The notes under the pieces were generated by a model. That model was not told the origin of the DNA and made no database searches. It was given only the letters and a program-made list of their open reading frames with translations. Both the position numbers and the translations under genes were made by a program. A stretch of DNA of 63,094 nucleotides, filler included, from Choristocarpus tenellus KU-1152 (taxonomy: Eukaryota > Protista > Phaeophyceae), in NCBI GenBank assembly GCA_964200185.2. It is 10 parts of 10 records of this genome, joined end to end, with 100 filler letters (N's around TTAATTAATTAA, not from the genome) between each part and the next. Parts side by side here need not be neighbours in the genome. Positions count along the whole stretch, not along the records: positions 6,258 to 17,834 come from CAXNAD020002236.1; positions 17,935 to 21,503 come from CAXNAD020019204.1; positions 21,604 to 31,049 come from CAXNAD020003669.1; 7 more parts are not named here. The stretch is one strand, 5' to 3'. The number at the start of each line of letters is the position of its first letter. Positions within the stretch are counted from its first letter, which is position 1. Positions 11,901-23,469 of the stretch are shown here, piece by piece.

Positions 11901-14900
11901 AAATTGAATAGCATAGGTGTCAGAACACAGCAGCTCCAATCATACACAAAATGAAATATATATATATATAATGAACATCTGTTTGATGTACTCCTGACTA
12001 GTGCTGGAACCTCAGAATATCCATCAACTACGATATAGATGGTCTTGGAGACGGTATGATATACATGATTGCTGATAAAAAAAACTTCGCTTCAATAGTT
12101 ACCTATCGAATCCCTGGACAAACATTCAAAACATGCACATTCAGACCACCCCTCTGACCATATGATCCCTATTGGATACACTGTCACAAAATGTTGCTTG
12201 TTCAAAGTTTGTACTCCTGGGGGCTCTTATGTACCTTTTTGTTGTCCTGAAGTACCTTTTCGCGAGCTGCTCGAATCTCTGTCAATTCTCTGTTCCTTAC
12301 TCCACGTCCTCCTACCTCTCCTGCAGCTCCTCGATTCCTGCATTTGATTTCTTCTTCAGAATTTCCTTTGTCCATGTGTACCCCCTTTGTCATGTGTAAG
12401 GTGCCAGGTTTTGGCCTACCCAATTCCAGTTTGCGGGTTGTCCTATTCTCCTCTTTCCCCGCCTGCTTGTCATTGACACTCCTCTGGGAACCTTCTAGTG
12501 TTGTATTTCTCAGAACTGTTGTCAACTTGTGGCCCATATTATGGGCCCAGTGGTCAGCACAAACAGCAACTGGGTCCACGTGTGAATGTGCAGCTACCAT
12601 CGGACCAATAATATCACGATCGCGGACAAATCGGTCAACATCCAGCCCAGGCATCAGCCCCATCCATTGGTAGAGAGGAAGAACACATATGTGCATCCCA
12701 TTGCAATCCCCAGTGGAGGTCCATTGTGTGATTGTTGTTGGAACATCAAGTCCACCACATTTTCTTGTAGCACGGAGGTCATCCTACTAGGGAAGGGTGT
12801 TAGGAAAAAGGCAAAGGCAGTGCAAGTAATCATGTCAATCAAGATACTTCTACATACTCTGACATAAGGTATCGATAGAGTTCATCATCTGATTTGTTGG
12901 ATGTGTGTCCTTGAGCCCAAATCCTGACCCTGCCGCCCTATTGGTTGAACCCTAAGGTGCTAGGGTATGTTCTCTAACAAAACTATTTCATGTATTTTGT
13001 CAACAAGCTCAAGGTTGTAGCTATGCTGTTGATGTATTCATTGCCCAAAGAACTTTGAGACTAATAAATAGTACTTCAAAGTACTATCTACTTCTTTATA
13101 TTATATATTTTTCCAGAATAGTACAGCCCGCTACCAATATTATCACCTCTTCCCGCATAGAATGGCATCTGACTTACCATTAACATGACAGCCCTCCTTG
13201 TAGCAAGCGCCTCTGACTCAAAGCAACCATCGATCTAAGAGGAAGGAGATAAAAAAAAAACTAGTAAGTTTTTGAGAGGTGCAGTGAATGGAGATAGCCG
13301 ATGCTTTGTTCCCTTCAACTGCAGGGGGTCTTTTACTTGAATCCATTAGAGTATTCTCTAAAATGGAATCCTAGTTGATACTGTAAGCAACACTATGTAG
13401 GAGCTGTACCCGCTGCCAGACCCTCTCTATCAGGTGGGACAAACCGCTATGGGTTTTCCCAAAGTGTCCACAAATGTTACCAACACAGCCCAGTCAACAG
13501 GCCTCAAGATATCGATATTGATTTTCTCTCGATTGGATTACATGTATTTACATGTATGTACGCATGAAGATCACATACTTGGGTAAATGTATCCTGCACT
13601 CCAATTTGCTGCGTCAAAATGTGCTGACGTGTGGAAGAGGTTCACAGATTGTGTAGACTTCACTACTTTTCATAAATACAAATGTATATCCGTTTTGTCC
13701 GAATTTGACAGAGGCATTGGTATTGACCCTACAACTTCCGCACACAGTGCCAAAGAACAGGGGGTACTGCAAAGTTGTTGGTGTGACAACTGGGATTGGA
13801 AAGAATCAACTTGTCAACACAATGTGTAGAACTGTTCTTAAAATACTCCTTCTGAAGAGAAATATCCACGAAATGATTGTGGATTTAGATCAACGCCAAT
13901 AAGAACAATAGGATGTGCATATACCCCTAATACTGAAAAGGAAGTTACAATCATTGTTCACCTTGTGAAGCATGGTCATCCTTCGGAGAAACCAGGGGTT
14001 TATTATACCTTCCACCACCTCAGCTGCATGTTCCTCGTCAAGTTCCCTTTGGTTGCTGTGCTTTCCGTAACAATCAACTCCAAGGCAGCGGTTAGCACCA
14101 CTGCAATCTTCAATGGGGACATCCAAGATTTCACTTCCGGAGGAGGTTTCAAGCGAGCATACGCTTTCCTCAACTATATCATTCCCCACACAGTTGTCAG
14201 AGCCCCTTGCACGAGCTTGAACATTATATTTTAAGCTGCCTGGACAACCAGCGTCTTTTTGTGGCATACCCTCGTCCACATACCCACTGTCCAGTTCATC
14301 TCTTAGTACTTTTGACCATGATGATTTGGAAAGCTGTGGATGAACTTCCGGAGAATCATCATCCTCCTCAAGCAAGGCAACTGCAAAGTTTTGGTACTTC
14401 AATAACGAAAAGGGTACAAGTGCTTGCAACTTAGGAATTTGAAATATTTTATTTTCCAATCAATGTAGCAATTGTATGCTGTATGTCCCTCACAGTGAAC
14501 AACATCCAGGTGCAGATGAATCTGAAGCAGTACTGTTATACTGATCACTTCAGGCTGATCTCCTTTCAACAATTCTTCATTAGTTGGCACATAGTCTATT
14601 CGAATTCCGTGCTTGAACAAAGCAACCCATATATAGCTTCAGTGCAGTACTTGACTACCTACTTTGAGTCAACAAAACAAAATATCGAGGAGATTTTGCT
14701 TTGCCCACCTTGATCTTGAACAGTGATGGAAAGTCCGTGTCATATCCATACCCACAACTTTGTTTCGAACCATTGACTGCCAGCACACCGGAAGCTCCTT
14801 CCATAACTACATCAAAGCTGAGGAATCTTACAGGAACGTTGCCACAATAAAGTAGAATATGATCCGATCGCTCTAAATCCATCATGTTGACTCCTCGGAA

Positions 14901-16790
14901 TGACTGCCAGCAGGGCTGAGAGGGGAGGAATGAATAAGGGTGTGGGTATGCACCTAGAGATTCACCGAGTTATCTAGCATTGCAGTATTGATGTATAGTT
15001 TTGTATAATGAGTTCAACAAACTAGAGCAGGCAACATCACTTCCCGTAATGTTGTATTGGGGTGTCTCTCACAAAAATACCGCTCTGTGGGTTGACATCA
15101 CTTGTGCTTTTTGAATGAAACTGTGCATCTCAAGATATTGTGTCCAGTATGATGTTGTCCGCAGATGGACAAGAAAATTGTGATACCTAGAACCATGAAC
15201 CCAATATGAAATCCTATTGTTCACCCCCTGGTGGTCATAAGGAACCATTACTTGATTCGATCTCAACAAAGACGCATCTCACTGATGATGCAAGAACGCT
15301 ATTTTGTGATATAGAATCGCAGATGGTAAAGATTTTCGAGAAAGGGGTTGTCTGAGGAAATGGAAATGAGTCCTTTTACCACAGCAAACAAAGCATAACC
15401 TTACAAATATGCTTTGTGGCACTGCTTTATGTCCTACAAATCTACCGAAACTCCTGGTTATTACAATGAAGAAGTACGCGTTCTCCTGTGACTGATACAG
15501 GAGAAAGTTTTCTCATCTCCTCACCTGATCTTCCAGGACTGCATTGTAGATTTTCTGGACGTGCTTCATCGCATTGAAGCTTGTCCTGAAGCTTCCCAGC
15601 AGGCGAAGATGGATTACAGCACCTGGCTCTACCTCATCTAGGCCACGTCTATGTATTGTGAAAAGGATGCAATGAAGGCGTATTAGCATGACATGATCAG
15701 GAGTGGAGGTTATTTTCTGCTTGTCCTGTATGTTAGTTAATACATGCTTCTACTGGAGTGGTGAAATACCACAGTGTTAGCATTTCATACTGCAAATGAC
15801 ATCAAACTTTGCAACAAGTCTCTCACATTCAAATGTAATCTGTAATATAGGTGAGAAAGGGATGAAGCGTACACATTTTCTTTCGTTTTTTGCAAGGCAA
15901 GGATAGCAAATTGTGATTAATTATTGAAGGTTGTTCAGAGGAAATACCGTCATCACTGCATTTCTTTCAAATTACCATCAGCAAAATGCAGACTACCTAC
16001 TATCCAAATACGTTTAATTGGTATTTTCAAGGACTTGTATGTACAATTCTATTGAATGGCAATAGTATGCAGGTATTAACCAAGCTTTGAATTCGGCCAT
16101 CACTATAAAATTCAATAATGTACTCCACACGTCGTCTTAGCATGGTCACCACTATCCAGAGGTTTATAATCACTTCACATGTAGTTCCATCTTAGTGAGC
16201 ATGTGATCCTAAGTAGCACAAATTTCCTTTGACCTAAACGAAAAAATGTCTGTGTGAAGTTGGTCTCTCCTGAAAATGCAAGCAATCATGTTTTATTTAA
16301 CCGAACAACCTATTACTACAAGAAAACAGTATCCAAATGTCTAATAGCAATGTGTCACCATGACCTAAGATGAACTTCATTGCATATCAAAAAGCTGTAG
16401 TATTGCCTTTGTGGAAAAGCACATGATTATCCATATAATTGCAGGAGTGGAGAACCCAATTCATTCTAACCCTAACCCATATCTATCAGGGCATATTTTC
16501 ACTGTCTCAGATAGTGTACTTCATTTTACTTGAAACAACCCTTCTTGAGCAAGAAATGTCGATGTCTTCAATAGCATCCTTGCCAGCACACTAGGCATCC
16601 CTGCTACTGATGCACACAGAAACCTCCACCCCTTTCTCCAAACCTTTTCAAAACTTCCACCACTCTTACTGCTTCCAAAATCCGTGAATAACCCTAACTG
16701 CAGTAAAGGTACAGGTGTAATACGAAAAAAGTCAAATCTTTTCCAATATTCCTGTATGTCAGCACCACCATATTTTTCTCCCCTCGACCC
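9000..16790 (-). CDS. Large multi-exon gene with weak PTEN/tensin-like N-terminal motifs (5' end probably extends to ~17700)
   Basis: Approximate exons are 16528-16790, 15524-15637, 15251-15352, 15081-15186, 14710-14915, 14493-14636, 13962-14381, 13178-13234, 12225-12784, 10984-11010, 10850-10929, 9847-10173 and 9000-9580 (stop); junctions from ~15637 to the stop are phase-consistent. The gene structure is well supported. The domain call (FDFFRITP..LG; EDQTTPFSKIFTICDSI) is weak. Confidence 0.6.
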
Positions 16791-17013
16791 AATCAACGGA
16801 ATGATGCAAGCAATAAGGTAGACAATGTCACACATACTTGCATGGAGTGCCTGCAACATGTAAACAAGAGTGTCAACCAAAAAAGAAGAACAATATTTGA
16901 AGAACAAAAAAAAATAGAGGGGAGGGTGCTCATAGGAAGACAGAAGGAAAATATATATTCTTCATATATTATTGGTACATTGGTAGATACGCTAGAGCAG
17001 GAAGATGCACAGA

Positions 17014-17287
17014 GGCCCATAGCATCCTACAAGGTGGGGGGGGGGAGTTTAACCCAGGTCGTCCATTCAGGGCTTGATGGGGTGTTTTACATCACTCCAT
17101 CAAGCCCATTTTGTGGGTGATATTCTTTTGGTTTTGGTCCAGGCAGGGGAATAGAAAAGAAAGGTGTATCCAGATAAAGAAAATTGCCCATATGTCTGAC
17201 ACATTCACTCAAATTACATGAAAATCACTACAGTGTCGCAACAATTCCGAATGGACACCTGATCCCCAAACTAGGATACTATGGACC
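17014..17287. mobile_element. Diverged MITE (same subfamily as 8307-8575, inverted)
   Basis: It has imperfect TIRs GGCCCATAGCATCCTA... / ...TAGGATACTATGGACC. No TSD is recognisable. Confidence 0.55.
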
Positions 17288-17750
17288 AATCAATGGAATC
17301 ATTGATTCAGTTGGAGAGTCATCTAATTTTAGTACACTGCACATTACCATACCTTAGAGGATGGATCTGTAATTGTTTCCAAGTTGTTGTCACAATACAT
17401 CATATGCTATCTGTTGTGCTTTTGCTGGACATACCGACGAACCTATTTGACTGAGTTGTTCTTCCATTTCACCTAACATCAGTTACACTGCCTTTGCTCC
17501 CCAATATTATGTAACTCACTGCACTCATGTGCGATACAATCAGGACTAAAGGATTTTCATGGCTTTCTGCTTCTTCATATATTTGTAGGAGTGCTGTAGC
17601 AATATTTTAGTGAGAGAATACTCTTGAAGCTGTTGGAGAATTCTGTCAGCGAATCTACAGTGGTGGTGCGACACTCTTCCAAAAATTCCTCTAATGTACC
17701 AACAATTTCTTATCCACAACTAATTAAATGCCAATTTCAGGCCTGCTGCA

Positions 17751-17834
17751 GGTTCAAAGTATCTGGGGGGGGGGGTGGCGGCTGTCAATTTTTAGATCAA
17801 TTTTTTCATGTCGCGATTTTTGGGGGGTGTGGTT
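17751..17834 (+). mobile_element. Terminus of poly-G-type Sola2-like element
   Basis: GGTTCAAAGTATCT followed by a G-run at the contig end. Confidence 0.65.
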
Positions 17835-17934
17835 NNNNNNNNNNNNNNNNNNNNNNNNNNNNNNNNNNNNNNNNNNNNTTAATTAATTAANNNNNNNNNN
17901 NNNNNNNNNNNNNNNNNNNNNNNNNNNNNNNNNN

Positions 17935-17950
17935 CAAGATACTTTGACCC
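17935..17950 (-). mobile_element. Terminus of Sola2-like element
   Basis: CAAGATACTTTGACCC at the contig start. Confidence 0.55.
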
Positions 17951-18180
17951 CGTCTGAGAGTACCCTAGTATAGAACACCACATCCATGCAGAAGTTCCTG
18001 TCCTCCCCTGTCCAGTCGTAAACAGGCTCACATCTTTCATTGTGCAAAGGATGCCTATTCCCCTGCAGAGATAGCCAAGGGGTTTCACCATCGTTGTGTA
18101 GTGGCACACTTGTCATCCCGGCCTAGAGCAGGTGCAGACATGTCGAGTGTCGACATTGTGTCTCCTCCACCCAGCAACTA
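17951..18180 (-). mobile_element. Fragment of an RLE-type (CRE/NeSL-like) non-LTR retrotransposon
   Basis: VDTRHVCTCSRPG*QVCHYT (zinc knuckle), followed by LGYLCRGIGILCTMKDVSLF and, after a frameshift, RNFCMDVVF. This follows the layout of the CCHC plus restriction-like endonuclease region. Confidence 0.5.
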
Positions 18181-19079
18181 GGCAGGCTCCTGTTGGATAA
18201 GATCCCCCCTCCCCCCTAGAGACCTTCTGGTGGCGAGTTTAAAGTCAGCAGGAGGATTCCGTTTGACGTGCCTATATATATAGATGCCCAAATGACATGC
18301 TGTAGACGTGTGAGACAAAAGCAGAACTACGTGACAAGGACTACCACGTCTACAGAAAAATATATGAATGTAACAAGTGTTGTGAATGGTAATACATCTC
18401 CCCAATGAGTAAATACTCAGTTCAGTATTTGAAAGCAGTAAATCAATGATGACCCATTACCAAGGGTTGCTCACTACAAAGAAATGTGTACTCTCCCATC
18501 CTTTTAACCGAGCTTAGTCCTAGGAAGGCAGGGGAGCACAATCAAGCATCACGTGAGTACGTAGGTCCACAACACTTTTGATGTCTTCTGCCACAACATC
18601 CGATCCTCTCAAGAGCAGAAACATTTGTGTTTTACCTTTTCGAAAGCAGTGTGGCTTGCCTTCTCTGTTCTGGACTACACTTTCCCAAGGATAGAATATT
18701 TTATCCTCTTGGCACTAATGAGTTGTTAAAAAAATAATCAACATGAAATGTACACTCCCAGAATACCCATTAAACATGACCATTGGGTGGCATTTCGACG
18801 TCTTCATTTTCTCCCTCCTTCCAATGTTTGACCCACAATTCACACTCCCAACCAATTCACCATCCCATCCACCCTTAACCAGATCCACTTTTTTTTATGT
18901 ATATCTGAATCGATGTCTTCATTGTCTCCCTCCCGTCCAACGTTTGAATCTCCATTAGGACTCCCGACCGATTCACCCTCTAATCCACCCCCAACTACAT
19001 CCACCTTTTCCTTGATCAATATCTGAACGGTGCATCCACTGTCACATTTACCTCCTTTAGTATTATCCGTCACTCATCA

Positions 19080-19520
19080 TGGACGAATCAATCACACCCT
19101 TCGCCAGAATCCAAGATGGTGGGGGTATATCCACAGGTCGCGTGAATGCCATCCATGTTTATTCCTTTGATTTAATCCTTCTCGCCACAGCCACCACCAT
19201 CCCCTCTTCCCCCTTGTTTGTTTACGGTTACGGATTGAGAGGAAAACCCCAGACATGTAAGGATCGTCACATCGAGGGAGATACTATCCTGTTGCTCCAT
19301 CTCAAGATCTATATAAACATCAGTCAGTCATTATCACCTCTGATCCAATGCCGTGCACGAACTCGCTCTAGGAATCCCCCTCCAGTCTGACCCAGGACTA
19401 ACTTCCACACGGTCCTCCGTACCACTGCTGTGACAACACTGAGCCCAACTATAGCTTCACGAAAAAGTACTCTGAATTGACTCACTTTTTCTTCGAGATC
19501 GTCGACGATCACAAGCATTG
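19080..19520 (-). mobile_element. Possible second degenerate RLE endonuclease fragment
   Basis: DVYID...ISLDVTIL...RRIKSKE...TPTILDSGEG resembles the DVTx...ExxKxxKY...PxxxETGG motifs. It is heavily decayed. Confidence 0.3.
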
Positions 19521-20289
19521 TGCAAGTGAGTCTCTACCAGTCTAGGTCGGAAAGAATACAGTTTAGTGTCACATTGGCAGCATAGACTCCCTCACACAAT
19601 GCTTGAGATCCTTGATGATTGCGAGGCAGAAGTGAGTAAATTCGCAGCCCTTTGTTGTCGGGAAGGTATTTTTGGGTCCAATCTTGTGTTGAAACCTAAC
19701 TTGGAATGAGTTATGCATTGTTGCAATGTGGCTAGTTCGAGGTAGCGAAGAGTGTCATAGTGCAACTAAGAACTGATTAATTTGTTCTGCCGGGTCTGAT
19801 GACATATTTTACTCAAGCAGACAGTGGTTGACGTGAAAGCGTGTTTGGTTGTACTGTGGTTAACACGTTTAGGGGCAAGTGTGTGTCATAGTTCAACAAG
19901 ACACCTCCGGGTTCGGTCTGGTGCGTCTGAAGGGGTGTCTTACTCAATCAAACTTTGATTGAAATGAAATTTGTACTGGTACGTCTGTGGCATGTTTTAC
20001 TCAAGCAGACTATGATTGATAGAAAATGTGTGGTCATTCATTGAGACGCTCAAATGAAGAAATTCATCCTCTGTGAAGAAGGCTGTCACCTTGGCTGAGA
20101 AGGGTTTAGAAGAATGGTTTTAACTCTGTCTATATTGATTGCATCCTCCATGTATGTCTTACTAGGGAGAATGGCAGTCAAGTAAAAATAATAAACAAAT
20201 GCTATGGAACTGATAGCTTGCGTGAGAAGGGGTAACACGAGGAAGAAAGAAGAAGCCAAACTTTAATCCGAATCTAAGATAACTACCAT

Positions 20290-20445
20290 CACACATACTA
20301 TGCCTATATGAGAGATAGGTAGTGACTGTTCCTATACTTCCTGTATACTGTAATCTTCTGAGTGAGTTGTGATGATAAGCTAATGAGCAAATGATGTAAA
20401 TGGGAATAGCGACCGTTGCAATAGACAAATCAACGTTTAGTATGG
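20290..20445 (+). repeat. Dispersed repeat, second copy at ~35295-35450
   Basis: Both copies share GATAGGTAG.GAC..TTCCTAT.CTTCCT, AGTTGTGATGAT.AGCTAA and AATAGCGACC.TTGCA.TAGACAAA.CAAC. Confidence 0.7.
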
Positions 20446-20757
20446 AGTGACGATACTGTATCGTATCAAAGTAATTCGAATGACTAGCCTATGTTTTAGT
20501 ATTTTGTTGACAACAGTGACGCTGAGGACCAGGTGGGAGTCAGTCCTTTATCGAAGGAAGACTCTGTTAAACTATCCCCAAAATCATCAAAGAGGGTAAA
20601 GGCGATAAACCTGGCGAGATTGCTTGGTGTCTGTAGAGTGATTGATTAAATTTAGGTGGGGCATGCAAGTCCCCATAATATCATAAATATTTCCTTTATA
20701 TATGAGAAAGATTTTCCTTCAACTAGTCACTAGTAAAAGGTTCTGATAACTCAACCA

Positions 20758-21494
20758 CTAATTGATTGTTCCGTTACTCTGTAACTGTCCACGTAACTGT
20801 CCGATAGAGTTGGAAGAGTCTAATCGAACAACTGCCTCCTCTCGTACGTGCTGATCATACAAGCTGACCACCATAGCTGCAGCACCCCTCGTAGCCTGTC
20901 CCAGCAGGAACCACAAGGCTTCGCGATTCCTGACGTATTCATCGTACGCGCAGCGTTCCTCGAATGATGTATCAGCTGTGGGAGGTGCAGGAATGCGGTA
21001 TGCTGGTTCTAGGATGCGGTACGTCTCTTGCCGCCTGCATAGTTCACCAGCGCCATCCGCCATTCTGCCCACTTCTCCCTTGTATTCCCCCGCGCTCCAC
21101 TCCATAGTGGCAGCATACGGGGGTCCGCTTACATACCAATGAGCATAACCTATAGGTTAGATTTCCCTGCGAAAGGGAATCGTGTGAGGCTCATAACCTA
21201 TGCAAAAGAGGACTCTCCAATAGAGTCTTTTCATTATGCAGTATGGATGTGTTTATTAGCGGAGTGAGCACTACCCTCAAGGTGGGGGGGGTGCTCTCCC
21301 TTGTTATCTAATGCATTCGTCATCAAAACATGTCAGAAATATGTTTGAAACATGTCTGTCACAGTTACACTACGTCAGTCACTTATAAGTTCAAGTTAAA
21401 TTACTGAGTCAATACTTCTGTTGTTTAGTGTTGGTCACTAAACACATAAGACTCTATAGACTACCTAGCCTATATTGCACATCTATCACTTGCA
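20758..21494 (-). mobile_element. Ty1/copia relic: LTR (~21201-21494), PBS and gag fragment
   Basis: On the minus strand the LTR end ...TTTGCA is followed by TA-GGTTATGAGCC (21188-21198), a copia-type internal tRNAiMet PBS. A gag-like stretch follows: YDEYVRNREALWFLLGQATRGAAAMVV. Confidence 0.7.
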
Positions 21495-23469
21495 GCTATG
21501 CCTNNNNNNNNNNNNNNNNNNNNNNNNNNNNNNNNNNNNNNNNNNNNTTAATTAATTAANNNNNNNNNNNNNNNNNNNNNNNNNNNNNNNNNNNNNNNNN
21601 NNNTACTGATACAGAGATGAGAAAAAATGGGCTGTTTTGTGGCGGTCGTGTCGGGGTAGTGGGGGGGGGGGGGGGGGGGGGGGGGCAAATGGTCTGTGGA
21701 TGTTTGCCTGACATTCATCGAAAGAGGTATGATGGGGAGCTGATCTCCTGGTCGAACTTAGAATTCCATTACCAGGCCATCGTGAAGATTTAATGTTCGA
21801 AGACCTCACACTTTTGGTTCTTTCCCAGAAAAACTATTTTTGTGTGAAGTGATTCGAGACAGAATATCTACTAGTAGTTAATGGTGATTATTTGACTAAG
21901 GGCTATCAGTACAAGATCCCATACCCCTTAATGTTTAATAGAGTAGATATGACCACCGTTCAGAGCTTCATGGCAACCTTTAAAAACCACGCTTGTATTT
22001 ATGAGGGATGATGTAGTTGGTCATCTTCAAGTTATATCAGCACCTAGAGTTTACTATAGTTACTGATGAAATATAAAAAAATTCACCATGTTTCAGGCAT
22101 GGGGGGTAATAAGAGCAGTAATCTTTGATTCCTGCAGAGTTATAAACCCATAGTGTGATAGCAGTGTTTTTGCTCAGTCCCTTTCCTTTTCCAAGAAGCA
22201 GATTGCTGCACATTGATTTTCCACAACCATTTTTTTTTACACTATTGTGATCAAGACTCTTGTTTCTTTACTTGAAAGGATTTGGTGTGTTGGTGTGTAT
22301 ACATAATGAGAAAACGTGTAGTGTTGTGGTAGCTGTTCTTCTTTGCTTTCTGTGTGTACTTAGGGTTAGGGTTTGTTACTTGATAGATGATTACTTGAGA
22401 GATGATGGTGCACCACCTCACCCTGTCTGTACCTACCTAATCAAACATCAAGCACACACCACAAAGACCAATCAATCATCAACCTTTGGGAAGAAGGATA
22501 AAGGGTGTGGCTATATAGCTTGTTCAATCTCTAATTGCATTAGTTCCATCAAGACGTGTATTGTAAAGAGGATGCAATGCACCAAAGGGTGTCCGACATG
22601 CATGGACTAGCAACAACTCTCTTTTAGAGTGAGACCAACACTCTCATAATGATGACCAAAGCATACTGTATTGCAACCTGGCTTTAGAGGGGTTACATAC
22701 TCTGCTTTCAATCCTCTCCTCTCCATTGTCGATCGGATGTCTGTTCCGATTGAAATTTGGTGATTTCCCTTCCCCCAAAACCGTTTGACAAGGTTATTAC
22801 AGGTATTTGTTCATGGCATTAAATGAGGACTATTGTTTCATTAATAGCAACCCTTCATGTCCATAGGCATTTCAAGTGTAAGTATAAGTAGCACACTATC
22901 AGGTAGGAAGGATATCAATCAATTTCCATAACACTGCCAAATGTGAATCCTCACTTCTGATAATACTCCCATGGATGCTTAGTAACGTTCACAAGGCACT
23001 CAAGCACCACACTACCTAAACTGCACTCTCCTAACACCCATGATCACCCAATATTCACCACCTCTCTGTCCTTCCATATGACACAAATTCACAGGTTGGG
23101 ATGGACCAGTTCCTCAGTCTAATAACTCCAAGAAATGAAAACAATTCCAATGACAAAAGATATTAGCTTTGCCATCTAACCCAGAAATCTAATACATTCT
23201 TACAAGAAAGTCACCAAAGTCCATCATTCACAATCCCTATGCACTATGTCCACTGGCATCACACACAACCTCTCCAGAATTACTGAGAGAGAAAAAACAT
23301 TATCTACGGCAGAGTTCCAACAAGTCTCACATGGAAACAAGATACAGCATGCATAACATTCCCTTCCCGCTTATGCTTTAAGGCAGCAGAGGATCAGAGA
23401 CAGGAAACTGTACTCAGAAGTTAATGCAAGAAGTCCAGATCCCAAACAGAAAGAAGCAAAGCTACATGG

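Noticed and set aside
6258-17834. Whole contig as one giant TIR element capturing genes
   Set aside because: The two termini face outward into the gaps, so they belong to separate flanking elements.
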